Assembly (NCBI GenBank): GCA_028023455.1
Contig: JAQFVV010000004.1
Span: 14,384,001 to 14,448,000 of the forward strand
Reading direction: 5' to 3'
Source of the DNA: Epiperipatus broadwayi
Taxonomy: Eukaryota; Animalia; Onychophora
Length of the DNA: 64,000 bases
The notes beneath the pieces are model-generated. The model made no database searches, was not told where the DNA came from, and saw only the letters and a list, made by a program, of their open reading frames with translations. The position numbers were made by a program, and so were the translations under genes. Within the stretch, counting starts at the first letter, position 1, and each line of letters opens with the position of its first letter. Positions 10,364 through 22,885 of the stretch are shown here, piece after piece.

Positions 10364-11630
10364 ATATATTTGAAATGTAGCAAAGCATTCATCTCAATAT
10401 ATATACATACATTGTAATTAAAGTAAAATTTGTTGCATTATTATATTTTTATTGCTTTTATTATAGTGATTAAAAATTAATTATTAAAGTCATTTAAAGT
10501 GAAATTACTACTTTTTTCTATCTTGTAATTGTTTATTATGCACAAGTCAATGTATTTCAGTGTCACAATAAGCTCTTAAAATTAATCTAGCATATAATTA
10601 AGATAACACTATATCATTTTGCAGGATCATGAAAATGTTTGCAGCATTAATATGTCCTAATTTGGTTCATGTTGCAAACTTTTAGAAAAAAATTTAACAA
10701 TAATTTCAATTTCAAATTGTTAATTTTTTTCCTATGGATTTATAATTAATATATTCCATCAATTTGTAGTTTATAATTACATGTCAGAATTAAAAGTTAT
10801 TGAATGAAGAATTATTTAAAACACATATCTGACAAAATATTGAGTATTCCTACATAAGGTATTGAGATATGCTTAGTTTAGTGCAATGGAAGAATAGCAA
10901 ACTTTAGAGGTCAAAGTTCAATAAATATACTTCCATCTTTATCACTTTGTGCTCCAATTTCTTATGAATACCTGAACAATAATTAATTTTTTATATTTTT
11001 AATCATTAAGTGAGAAAAAAATGTTATCTAATATACTGTATAAGAAAACAATAGAACATTAAATCCTTGGAGTTATCAGATTGCTGATTTGTTTGTGAGA
11101 CCTGTTTCCTTAAGGAAATTATCCAGCAAGTGAATACACATTTATTCATAGTTAATAACTATTACTGTTTCTAATTATTCACAATTATATACGCACACAT
11201 ATTTAGTAAAAGAGCTAGTCTTTTTTTTGTTGTTGTTTTAAAGTAATATAAATAAAGAGAACATTGACGATATTATAAAAAAAAAAATTAGATGCTTATA
11301 ATCAATGACAGATGTTCATTTCATTAAAATGCTAATTTGAAAATATTATTGGTTTACTAAGTCATCAATAAAATTTTATCCCATCATTAAATTAATTATC
11401 TATTACAAAATCAAAAGAATTTTCTAGGAAAGTTTAATTAGTTTTGAGAATATTTTTCTTACTTTTAAACAATATTAACATAGTGATCATTTTTTAAAAA
11501 ATATTAGTATTATACATATTAAATCGATAAAAAAAAATTAATGAATGTAAAAATGATAAAAATAACAAAATAATGCAATACAGATAAAGATTTTTGTTTT
11601 AATTTTGGATATTTTTCAATATAGTTTTTA

Positions 11631-12229
11631 ATATTCATTAAGGCTGTAGCCTCAAGCTCATGCCATAAAATGCGATAGTAGGGACCTCTACAGGTCTTAA
11701 AACCACAAGCTTACTCATTGGAAGAAAAGAGGGGAACCCTTCTTTACTTCAACCTACTTTCTATTTAAATAGGTGAAGCTGAAGCGGTTCAATCTGAGAG
11801 TGTGAAGCTATTCAATACTTCACTAATTAAGTCCACATTTCTTATTTACACATTGCATTTAAATAAATTTATAATTACAACTTTAAATTATCGTAATAGA
11901 TTTCTCACTATAAAATCTTTCCATTGACTCGTTGTAAATCGAAAGATTTCACGAGTATTAATGTGTAAATAAAAAATGTGGACTTAATTAGTGAAGTATT
12001 GAATAGCTTCACACTCTCAGATGGAACCACTTCAGCTTCACCTATTTAAATAGAAAGTAGGTTGAAGTAAAGAAGGGTTCCCCTCTTTTCTTCTAATGAG
12101 TAAGCTTGTGATTTTAAGACCTGTAGAGGTCCCTACTATCGCATTTTATACGCATGTGCTTGAGGCTACAGCCTTAATGAATATTATTTACGTAATCAAT
12201 GTGCGTTTAAATAAATTTATAATTACAAC
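11631..12229. mobile_element. Foldback element (family P2) with ~230-bp inverted arms and one-sided tail; probably Penelope-like
   Basis: 11629-11860 is the reverse complement of ~11958-12186. The tail 12187-12229 recurs internally at 11852-11881. TSD ATAGTTTTTA at 11621-11630 and 12230-12239. Confidence 0.8.
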
Positions 12230-13765
12230 ATAGTTTTTATATTATAATGTTAATATCAAAATATATACAAAACGAAAAATGCTGTGTAAAACAAGTTGGA
12301 TATTTATCAAATGAATTGAGTTATCTTATTTATATAGTAGGAGAACATGATGGATAATTTTCTCATCACAACTATGATTCTTAATTAATCATTCTGTGTT
12401 CTCATGAAGTACGTTTTTAAAATTTTCTTTAAAAAAACTCTACTTCTGGAACTTATATGTTCAATCAGTTAGCAGACATATGCTTTATGACTTTTATATG
12501 TATTTTTGCACTATTGTGTAATAGAAATGGGCCATTTTTACTATAACGTCATTAAATATTCAAGTCAGCACTAACAGTATTCTAAAAATATAAGACATTA
12601 CATTTACAAAAACAATCAAACAAATAAAGACCACGTATTAGAAGTGTGGCATATCCAATAGAATTATGACATATTCTTGACCAATAGTAAAGGCTGCATT
12701 GTATTACAATCATTTTTTTTATTTGTAGTCAGTGCATTAATATTTATCTGTCCCTAGATTAATTTGGGATCTTTAATCTTTAGCTAAGATAGTTAGATAT
12801 CTATTTACCAATCATTATTGAATTAGTATCTGTATTATCTATGGAATATTATCTGGAAAAAATCTTATGAATTTATAAATGTTTGTGATTTTTCTGTTTC
12901 AATATATTTAGCAAAATAATCCTATATATTCTATCAAATAGTCATTTTAAGCTCAATAAAAACAAATACAAAATTCTTTCTTTCTATCACTGTTAACATT
13001 TATTGTAACTATTGGTTACCAATCTATTAAAATAATTTAAAAATTAAAGATATATAAGTTTTTACCTTGGAAATACTTTATTTAGAAACATTGTTATATG
13101 TAATATAAACATATCTATCATAACTTTTATTTTAAAATATAATAGCATTATTTTTTGCACTGAAATGGTAATATTAATTTTTCTTATTGAAATATGTTTC
13201 ACCAACATAAATACATTCTGCATAATATAGACATATGTATGAGAAATGTTTTCATGAACAATTAATTCTATAATTAGATATATAACTAGATTTTAAAAAT
13301 TAAAATTAATGATAAGGTGCATGGGCATTTGTTTATTTTAGTTTATTTAAAAGTTTACTCTTTGATTCATAACTGCCATCTTGAATTTTAAAAAAAATTA
13401 CAACAAATATAATTTATTACATATCTTCTTTTTGAATACAGTAAATATAAAAATATATACATTATTAGAACGAGAAAATATGAAAGAAGGTAATAAAGCT
13501 GTTAAAATAGTCATTAACTAAAAAAAAATAAGAAAAAAGAGATTTTTAATATTTTTAAACATATTTATTTTTACATTAATTCACAAATTCTAAATTTTGA
13601 AAGTTAAATGTTAAAATGACAATTTCATAGACAGCTTCATCACATTTGTCATAAAATGCTGGGGAAAAAAAGATATATCACATGACTTATCTGAGATAAT
13701 TTTTTATTGTAAAATTATAAAACTAAGTGATTGGTGATTTTCATTTTTACTAGATGACCTAGATC

Positions 13766-13841
13766 TTGTCCTTCCATGCAGGGCATCTGCTAGAAATATT
13801 TCTTTGTTCTTCCATGCAGAGTATCTGTTAGAAATATGTTT
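13766..13841. repeat. Imperfect tandem duplication, 38-bp period
   Basis: TTGTCCTTCCATGCAGGGCATCTGCTAGAAATAT followed by TTGTTCTTCCATGCAGAGTATCTGTTAGAAATAT. Confidence 0.85.
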
Positions 13842-14099
13842 GATTTTAATGGCAATAAAAAATACCAGTACAACAGTTTATGAGATATTCTGCAAAGAGA
13901 AGTTCAATAAATTGTAATGTATTTTAAAATGTAATTAATTATTATATTATTGAAAAATAAGGATAGGGAATGACCTAAAATATATATTCTTTTCAAGTAC
14001 AAAAAGTGTACTCAAAAAATAAATATCTAACAAAAATGTCTCTAAGATAAAATGGATAAAAACTTACTAAATCAATAAACATCAAAATAAACAAATTTA

Positions 14100-14192
14100 T
14101 AGAGGACTGATTATATATGTGTGTGGTAGATGATGATATAGACCAACTGATGTATGAGTAGAGTGAGTGGCTGAAGATGCTTGAAAGTCTAT
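14100..14192 (+). mobile_element. Highly decayed fragment of family P1
   Basis: GACCAACTGATG...TATGAGTAGAGTGAGTGG...TGAAAGTCTATGTTCA matches pieces of 2254-2380. Confidence 0.55.
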
Positions 14193-15189
14193 GTTCAAGA
14201 GATTATTACAAAATGGTAACAAATGGGTACAATGTTATTGTAATGATACCATAAATGAATGATCATATAAATAAATTCATGATATATTTTACCTATTGCA
14301 GTATCATGTAGGTAAGTATATGATTCTGAATCTGGATGTGCATATTTTTATTGTTATTGAAATATAAATTGCCTAAAATTTTACAGTATATTTATTGCTT
14401 TCCACACATATGTAATCATATAAAAAAAATAAGTAATAAAAAATACCAACTGAATACTCATGGGTAATGAGAAAATTCCCTGACATGCATGACATGTAAA
14501 TATTATTGTTTAGAATCAAATCCGAATCTGGTTGTAAAGGCCCTAGCAATAGGAAATTTCATATTGAAATCAGAACTAAAACCAAGCGATGAGAATCCAC
14601 TTCAGCAGTCAAAAATTGTTTACAATTACTAAATCTAAAAAAAAAAAATGAGAAAAAAAAATTAAAAATTGCATTTTAGAAAAAAATTCATAAAAAATCT
14701 AAATTTCATCATAAAAAAAATACATCCATCTTTTTAAACGTAACAAAATGGCAAAACGAATGATGTGATCCCTGTAAGTGTAAGATTTACCTATTCCATA
14801 CAAACTCAATTTAAAACCTAATCTTCTGAAAGGGTGTTCTAAAGAGGGATTTCAGATTGTGTTTTGTTTTAAAAATAGTATAATAATATTATTTAATAGT
14901 GGGAGGAAGACAGAAAAAGGAAATTATTTTAAAAATATATTAAATTATTTATTTATAAAATAATGTAATTTTTTTTATATATATTTTAAATAATTATTAT
15001 TTAGAACTATTTTAGAATGACTAGAATGTGCACAAGGACATTTAAAAGTATTGTAGAACATTAGATAGTAATTTGAAATTGCATTCAGTGGTTTCATTGG
15101 TTATTTGTTTATCATTACTTAGATATATTGATGTTATATAAAAGTTATATAGGCATCTAAAATTCTTAGAAATGGCATTCTTATTCTTT

Positions 15190-15271
15190 TCATTCATTTC
15201 TTTGTTTGACAAAAGATGATGGGGTAACAATCATTCATTTCTTTGTTTGACAAAAGATGATGGGCTAACAA
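15190..15271. repeat. Near-perfect tandem duplication, 41-bp period
   Basis: TCATTCATTTCTTTGTTTGACAAAAGATGATGGG(G/C)TAACAA occurs twice. Confidence 0.9.
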
Positions 15272-16239
15272 ATAATCTTTGTCCTAAGGGTCATGAATAC
15301 CCTAACAAATTATCTGTTTTTCAATCAACATCTTGATAAATTATTATCCAAAGAAATATAAACATGCTTCTAAGAATCTACAAGGTTAATTGTCAACAGA
15401 AAATTCAGACTTTTACTAATAGAAACCAATCATCATTGTTAAAATTTTAAAAGGAAACTTTGAATTAGTTTGTTTATGAAAATTTCAATTTTAAAAGAGG
15501 TCTCATGAATATCAATCATAACTCTTTAACAATAATAGTTATTTATAATGTTTTATAATAACTTTTGCTAGTTCAATTACTTAGAATAACTTTGCTAAAA
15601 GAGTTTCAAGTTTCATTGAATATCTATGTGTTATCAACAATTTAACTAGAATTGCCAGTAAAAACTACAATAAAGGAAAATATTTTATTTTACTTTATTG
15701 TTTATTCTCTGTAAAAAATATTTATTTTTCAATTGTGTATATATATTATTTAACGTTTTCTTGATTGTATGATGTAAATAAAAGTTTTTTTTAGATTAAA
15801 ACAAATCCCTGAAGGTTCAATGAAATATCATGCATCATTATCAAGATTAAAGTCTTAATAAAGATCATAAATAATAACAAGATAGAGCATGAAATAAAGA
15901 ACAATTATTTTTTACATAAATTTAATGGCTGATTACTCATAATAGGTGGATTAATGGTTTAACTCCAAAAAGCCATTATTTACATTATATATACATATGA
16001 GAGAGAGAAAAGTTATAGAAAGAACTAATGAATATGAGTTGCCATCATGCTTTGGATTTGTAGATTATTAAAAGACATTTGATTCTATAAGCATTTATTA
16101 GTGATTATTGGATAGTGTCATATTCTGATATTTTTAAAAATACAATAGCAACATAACCCATTTTTTAGAGAGGGGAAGCAGAATTCCTTTTTTATAGTAT
16201 TATGATTATTAGCAATATGCAAGGTTTTCTTTATTTTAC

Positions 16240-16500
16240 ATTAAGCATTGTTCTTTTCTAGACAAACAATGCTGGCTGGTGCATGTTTAAATGTATGACT
16301 ACGTTTGTTTTGTGCTCTATAAATATGGATTTGTTATCTGAATTGTCTTTGGCCCTTTTGTACATGTTTTGGTATTGGAAAATTTTTGTTGCTAGGCTGG
16401 CATGAGATTGTCCTAAATAAATAATGTTGCAGTTGGTTTGGTTACATGACATCTTGAACACAATTTGTGGAGCTTGTTCAGAGGTAAGTTAATCCTTGAA
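16240..16500 (-). pseudogene. Penelope-like GIY-YIG endonuclease remnant
   Basis: FKD*LTSEQAPQIVFKMSCNQTNCNIIYLGQSHASLATKIFQY resembles the PLE pattern KD......VVYKIPC..C...YIGQT.RSL.TR..EH. Confidence 0.6.
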
Positions 16501-17044
16501 GTTGTTGATAAAGTGAATTAGAATGGGTGAAGTATGAAGACTAATTCTATAAGATAGAGTGCATACAATTTGAATACGATTAACATAATATTTATAACAC
16601 ACCTTCACCCACAATTTCATTTATTCATTGCTATGATTATGATATCAATACAAAGATATTAAAATCATGTTTAGCAGATTAAATTAAAAATTTTGCTATT
16701 AAGAATTTCTTACTTCGCATCACCAAGCACTTAATATATCTATTACAATCATTTTAAAAAAAGTAAAAGAACATATAGCATTACATATTTGGTGCAAAGA
16801 ACATCGTGAACTAAACATCTTTTTTCTGCTCAACTTTATGTCTGTATAGTTAATTTACTGGATATTAGATAATGAATAAATTTAGCATATTATGGTGTAT
16901 ATAAAGTAAGTAACATGAAATAAATGTTTGGAATGAAAAATAAGATGAACAAGTTTATTTAAAAATGTATGTACTAAGATTTTATGAAAGCAGTATTAGG
17001 CAGAGTAATGTTTAGTAAATGACTATATAAAAATAATAAAAAGG

Positions 17045-17611
17045 GCATGCAAGCTTTATTATAGCAACATTCCAACACCCAATGCCTTTAATGAGGTGCA
17101 ATTTTTTAGTTAAAAACAGCATGATCCAGTTTATCGACCAGCGATATTTACTTGATCTTGCTCCATATGACCAGGGCCGGATCCAATAAGTGCAGGGCCT
17201 GATTGGATTTTTTTTCAGGGCCCTCTATATATTAAATATTTAAATAAAATGCAAATTCAATATTTCGAAAAATAACTTTTTGTTAATTTTGGTGCAGGGC
17301 CCGATTGGGCCCAATCACTCCAATTGCCTTAAATCCGGGCCTGCATATAACTTCCTTTTATTTCCTCTGTATGAAAAAATGCCTCAAAAGAAAAGATTTT
17401 GCAGACTTGAAATTGGTGAAGAAATAAATGATGGAGCCATTAAAATGCATAATTTTGCAAGAGTTTTAGGCCTATTTCAAAAAGTAATAAACTTGTTTAG
17501 ACAGATGTACTGCATCAAATAGTCAATACTTTGAATGAGATTCAATTTATAACACTGAAAATAAATACAGTTTTTATTGCAAAATTCTGATTACTTTTGG
17601 ATACCCCCTCA
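17045..17611 (+). mobile_element. Mariner (Tc1/mariner) 3' remnant with right TIR, interrupted by a hAT MITE
   Basis: Removing the MITE and one TSD copy gives FLVKNSMIQFIDQRYLLDLAPYDFLLFP (mariner HPPYSPDLAPxDFxLFP). ASNSQYFE*D lies near 17511-17541. The TIR ATTACTTTTGGATACCCCCTCA is followed by TA. Confidence 0.85.
17172..17343. mobile_element. hAT-type MITE (172 bp)
   Basis: TIRs CAGGGCCGGAT and ATCCGGGCCTG. The 8-bp TSD is CATATGAC / CATATAAC. Confidence 0.85.
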
Positions 17612-18129
17612 TATAAGAAATGTATTCACATCATGCATGTTTTTTATATATTAATTTTAAATAATAAAACAGTTCTTGCTAATGATCATAAATTATAAAT
17701 AAATTGTAGGAAATAAAACCATTATACACTGATATTTATTAAGATTTAATAAATGAAAATATAACAGATATTTCCATATATTAAAATATCAAACAATTTC
17801 ATTTGTTAAAAATTATTAATTCATAACATCTATTTGATTGGTGGAATAATCTATTATTACTAAGGAATGTGTGAAAGGTTGTGAGCTTTTTTTCCTTAAA
17901 CCATAAATAAATACTGTAGCACTATAGTATCTATGTAATGCCAAGAAATTGCATTTAGAAGAGATGCCTTTTTGAATGCAGGCCGCATTTATAGTTTACT
18001 AGTTTGATTGATTTCACTATCTATTAACATCTGACATTAATTTTTCTAATACAAAAAATATAACAGATATTTTGATATATTAAAATATTTAACAATTCTA
18101 TCGGTTAAAAAATTACTAATATATATATA

Positions 18130-18730
18130 AATAAATAAGAAGGCAAGTAAGTAGGTGGATAAGTAAGTATATAGATAGATACATAATTGGGTGGGTAGGT
18201 AGATGAATATGTTTGTAGATAAGAGAAATATATGTAGAAACATAGGTAGATAGCTACATGATGGATAGGTGAGTAGATATATATACAGACTGATAGATAA
18301 AGAAATTAGATAAATAGGTAGATAGGTATATACAATAAGTCAATAGATACATAAGTAAATATATACAGAAGTAAGTAGGTATTTAAACAGAGAGGTAAAT
18401 AAATAGCTACATAGTAAATTGGTGGATGAGAAGGATAGATAGTATATAGATAAATATAAATATAGATTGGTAGACAGACAGATAAATAGATAGATAATAT
18501 AGACAGTAGATAAGTGGATAGATAATTAGATATGGATAGGTAAGTAGGTAGGTAGATAGATTAATAGATAGAGAAGAGGTATAGTTATGTGAGTAAGTAG
18601 GCAAATAGATAGAGAAGTATGTAGATAGATAGATAAAAAAGTAATATATATATATACAGTCAGGTAGGTAGATAGTAGATAAGAGAATGAGTAAATAAGT
18701 TTAGGCAGATAGATTGATATGTAGATACGT
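18130..18730. repeat. Decayed (TAGA/TAGG)n low-complexity tract
   Basis: About 600 bp of GATA/TAGG-like units with strong purine bias on the plus strand. Confidence 0.8.
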
Positions 18731-19384
18731 TATTCAAAAATATAGATCTGGAAATAAAATTGTGAAAATTAACAATGTAGTGATTTTGTTTAAGTTTCCT
18801 GTATCAATAGAAGACTGAATATAATTTGTTTTTATGATTTCTATTTAAATTCTGAGTTTGTCACTGACACTTTTTGACAGTCTTGGTTTATTAATAATAA
18901 AGTAATTAATTACTATAGTAGATTTTTTTCTGTTCATGAATTATGATAGATATTTGGGCAGCTTGCAGGTCCATATGTATTAATGTAATTCTAGTTTCCA
19001 GAGATGTATTAGGATCAGCTATTAACAATTTGCTCTGTTATTTTCTTCTTCTTCTTCTTTTTTTTTTTTTTGGGTTACTAAGAAATTTATATGATATTTT
19101 ATCATCAATAAATTTCTGTAAATCATTTTTAAATTGGGAGAAAAATACAACTTTATAATGTTTTTATATATAAGTAATGTTTACTAAAATTGTTTATATC
19201 AAAGGTGCAACTCAAAATTATTTTATAAATACATTTTTTCTGTTTAATCATGTACATAAAGTTATTATATTTGATAAAATTATGCTTTTTAACTGTTTCT
19301 ACCTGTTTAACTATGTAAAAAAACAATACTATGACCAAGAAATAATAGTTAATTATTAACTGTAAAATTTGCTAATTTTTTTTT

Positions 19385-20170
19385 GCCATCTTCTAAACAC
19401 AAATTATAATAGCGCCTCGATTTTAAACTTACATCTATAATATATAAGATTTAACAATTATCTTCACCATTTTTAACTGTTATCAATCCACTGCAAGATG
19501 AAGATCTCTCCAAGTTTAATCCATCTTCTCTGATCTGTAGAATCTCTTCTCTACAACACAACAATACACTTTCTTATTTTATCCATCCATCTCACATGTG
19601 ATCTCTTTCTAGGTCTTTTACAATCTCTTGGAATCCAGTCTAAGATTTCAACTCTCTATCTATTATCATCTCTTCTAGCAATATAGTCCAGACTAATTCA
19701 AATTTAGTCTCTTATTTTTGCAATAATGCCATTAACACCTGTTTGTGCTCCCACATATGTATTTTGTTTTTGATGTTTTCTTGCTATTCCTAGCATTAAT
19801 TTCTAAGTGGTCTGCAGTTTTTGAATTTGCTCTTTTGTTAGATGTCCAAGTCTCAGATCTGTAAGTAAGAACTGGTAATACATTTATTAAAAACCTTCCT
19901 CTTTTGCACATAGAGATATATTTTTTTTTTTAATATTAAGTTTTTTTTAACAAAAGCACTCCAGCCAATTTTAATGTTATGATTAATTTTATCCATTATG
20001 TTTCCATCTGTAATAATATTCTGACCAAAATATTTGTATTTGTTAATTTCTTTTAACTCATCATTATCAATCTTTATTTTCTTCTTCTGGGGTGTTTTAA
20101 AATCTGATAAAGTTTGTTTTCTTTTTTAGTTTTATTTTTCTTTGACAATCTGTGTCTGATTTGATCTTTA
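19385..20170 (-). mobile_element. RTE-clade LINE, 5'-truncated (RT C-terminus and 3' end)
   Basis: Minus-strand translation gives KEINKYKYFGQ, IKIGWSAF, VLPVLTYRSETW and ILDWIPRDCKRPRKRSHVRWMD, all RTE ORF C-terminal motifs. Confidence 0.88.
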
Positions 20171-20526
20171 AATATGAAATCTAAATATTTAAAAAACTAA
20201 AATATTTTTCCTTCATATTTTAGTTGTGTTTGTAATGCTTTTGTTCTTTTTCTTTCATCACTTAAATATGTGAATATCGTTATTAGAATTTTAATATTAT
20301 TTATATTTCTTGTCTGGAATATTTATAATAGTTAATTAGATTGGTTTCAAACAGTACACTTCTGTGTCTTCAAAACTGCTCTAAAATCCTAATATTGTTA
20401 TTATTTCTAAAATAACTTAAGTACAATTTCTAAAATAATATAAATACATCTATTTATAGTTCTGAAACATTTATATTATTATGCATTTGAAATGATTCTA
20501 AAAGTCTTAAAAAAATTAGATATATA

Positions 20527-20623
20527 TTTTTCTCATGTGTCATAGCATTGGCCGGGAAGCGAGCTCGCTAACCCGGGACAACTGCTTGTAAGACAACTGT
20601 GCAGACCTCTCGACCACCAACAC
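20527..20623 (-). mobile_element. tRNA-Gly-derived short SINE (family S1)
   Basis: Reverse complement GTGTTGGTGGTCGAGAGG...CAAGCAGTTGTCCCGGGTTAGCGAGCTCGCTTCCCGGCCAATGCTATGACACATGAG-A5. Confidence 0.9.
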
Positions 20624-22613
20624 TTGATTTGTAAACAACTTAAATACAATTTATAAATATAATAACTATATAAGGCTATATTTCTAAAATATTACCAGTA
20701 TCACAAAGATTGTATGGTTAATTATTTACAAAGTTATGCAACATTTGTAAGGTGAAGTATTCAGCTTAATAATTAATCAAAATGAGATTTTTTATTTTCC
20801 ATAGCTGAAACTGATTTAGAGTTCAGTCCTAACAGTATTTTAAATTTCAAGGATAATTTATGTTATTATGTTATATTCTTTTTTGACATTACTATGTTAT
20901 TATATCAATTTTATTTTTAATAATTTAATAACTATTATTCGTTTTATAATTTTTATAAAATAATTATTGATTTGTTATATTTAGAAAACTAACTTACTTT
21001 TTGAGATATTTTGATAAAATTTAATGATTTTATATTTCCTATAAAAACCTAAAGGCAATTTATATATATAATGTTTCATTTTTTTTATAAAATACTGAAA
21101 CCTATTCAACTTCCATTAACTTCTGTAATCAATATAACATCTTAATAGATATCTGTCTTGAAATAAACAGAGCATTAACAATCATATTCTTGAGATTTTT
21201 TTACAAATGTTATTTTTATGCAGAATTTATTGACTTTTTGTATATATAAATTTAATGGTAAAATAAATAGAAAAAAAAAAAACACGCTTAATTTGTTTTC
21301 CTGTTGCTATTATTATTATAATCAATTATTTTAGTTTTATAGTTAAAACACATACGTATTTGCAAATATATAGCTGTTTAAAATAGTTTTGAGTAAGTGG
21401 TGTTTTATTAATCACCCATATTAGGCTAAAAAATAAATAAAAGTTTATTACATCGATAAGTTAATAAAGAAGACAATATTGTACACATTATTTCTTTTTT
21501 GAGACCGTAATTTTAAATAATTTTACTTGCAAATATTTACTTTACTAAGTGTTCCAGAACATAAAAAAAAAAAATGGAAGTGTTTTTAAAGTGTTCTGAT
21601 TAAATTATTATTTTATTAATAACTTAAGTGTTTTTTTTTTAAAGTATTTTAATTTATACCTAATTTTTAAATATCCAAGTATCAAACAATGACAAATCTA
21701 AGCAGCAATATCTTCAAATTTAATGAATCCTAGAAAAAATAACTCAGTAAAAAACAACAGATAGAAATGCCATTTATAAAACTAAATTTTATGTATATTC
21801 ATTCTGTGAGCGTATGTGCGCGCGTATGTAAATTTTGTAATATAATGAACATTTTTCTATGTAATAAGCTAGATAAAATTTCAGCGAGAATCTAAATAGA
21901 CAACCCTTAAAACTGAGATAACAATAAGCTAAAATTATTTCAACCAAGGACAAAAAATAATAACTACTTGGACGAACATTTTAATTAATCTATTTATATA
22001 TCTAGCTGGTCATGTTCATTAAATATATTTATAAAGTACAAGAGTATTATATATATATTAACTATTATTACTTAATAATTAAATATTTTATTATTAAAAA
22101 TCCAGACTTAGCTCTTTATTCTTGGTTTAATATATATTATGAATGTGTGCTTAATATATCTGTGATTTAAATAATAATATACTTGGTGTTTTTATAAACC
22201 AAGAAATGTTATATTTCCACTACTAGAGTTCTGTAATTATTTCTAAGGGGTATTGATATTGCTAATTAGTTGACTTATCCAAAAAAGAGATGTTACTCTA
22301 ATGTAATTTTTTTATAAACTAGTGATGTATATACATTTAGAAATAACATTGCAATTATTGCTACATTTATTTGCATGTGCATATTGAAGCAGCCAATCTT
22401 AGCCCAAGATTGAGCTTCATAGTTTTATCTACTAACCTGTGTTCAAACCCTATATCCCATCCTGCTCCTTTAGTCATGTATATATATTTTATGTATATAT
22501 TTGAGATGCGCGCCTAAAATTATACATTTTAACTTTTCAATAACATTTTTATTATTAATTTTAATTCCTTTTATTAAAGTACATAGGTGCGGTTTATATA
22601 TATATATATATAT

Positions 22614-22682
22614 AAGCGAAGCCCACTAACCTGGGACAACTGCTTGTAAAGCAGCTGTCACTGACCTCTCAACCACCAATTC
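22614..22682 (-). mobile_element. S1 SINE, 3'-truncated and abutting (TA)n
   Basis: Reverse complement ATTGGTGGTTGAGAGGTCAGTGACAGCTGCTTTACAAGCAGTTGTCCCAGGTTAGTGGGCTTCGCTT, then (TA)n. Confidence 0.88.
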
Positions 22683-22811
22683 CTGACAGACTTTTTTTAA
22701 GTTGTTTTTTCTATTAAACTGTATATTTTGTAAAATCCAAGATGGAAGATGTTACTGAAAATAAAATGGCGAATGTGATTAATAGATTTTACTTTTACTA
22801 TAAACATTTTT

Positions 22812-22885
22812 GTCAAATCTATTTCCAATCTGCATCTTCAAAAAAATGGTCAAATCTATTTCCAATCTGCATCTTCAAAAAAATG
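22812..22885. repeat. Perfect tandem duplication, 37-bp period
   Basis: GTCAAATCTATTTCCAATCTGCATCTTCAAAAAAATG occurs twice. Confidence 0.92.

Noticed and set aside
14170-14190. CTGAAGATGCTTGAAAGTC as a hammerhead
   Set aside because: Stem II cannot form, and the position maps to the non-ribozyme part of P1.
14759-14832. C/D box snoRNA (ATGATGT...CTGA)
   Set aside because: The C box is imperfect, there is no terminal stem, and I recognised no rRNA-complementary guide.
18046-18604. ORFs 18046-18243 and 18407-18604
   Set aside because: They are translations of the low-complexity TAGA tract.
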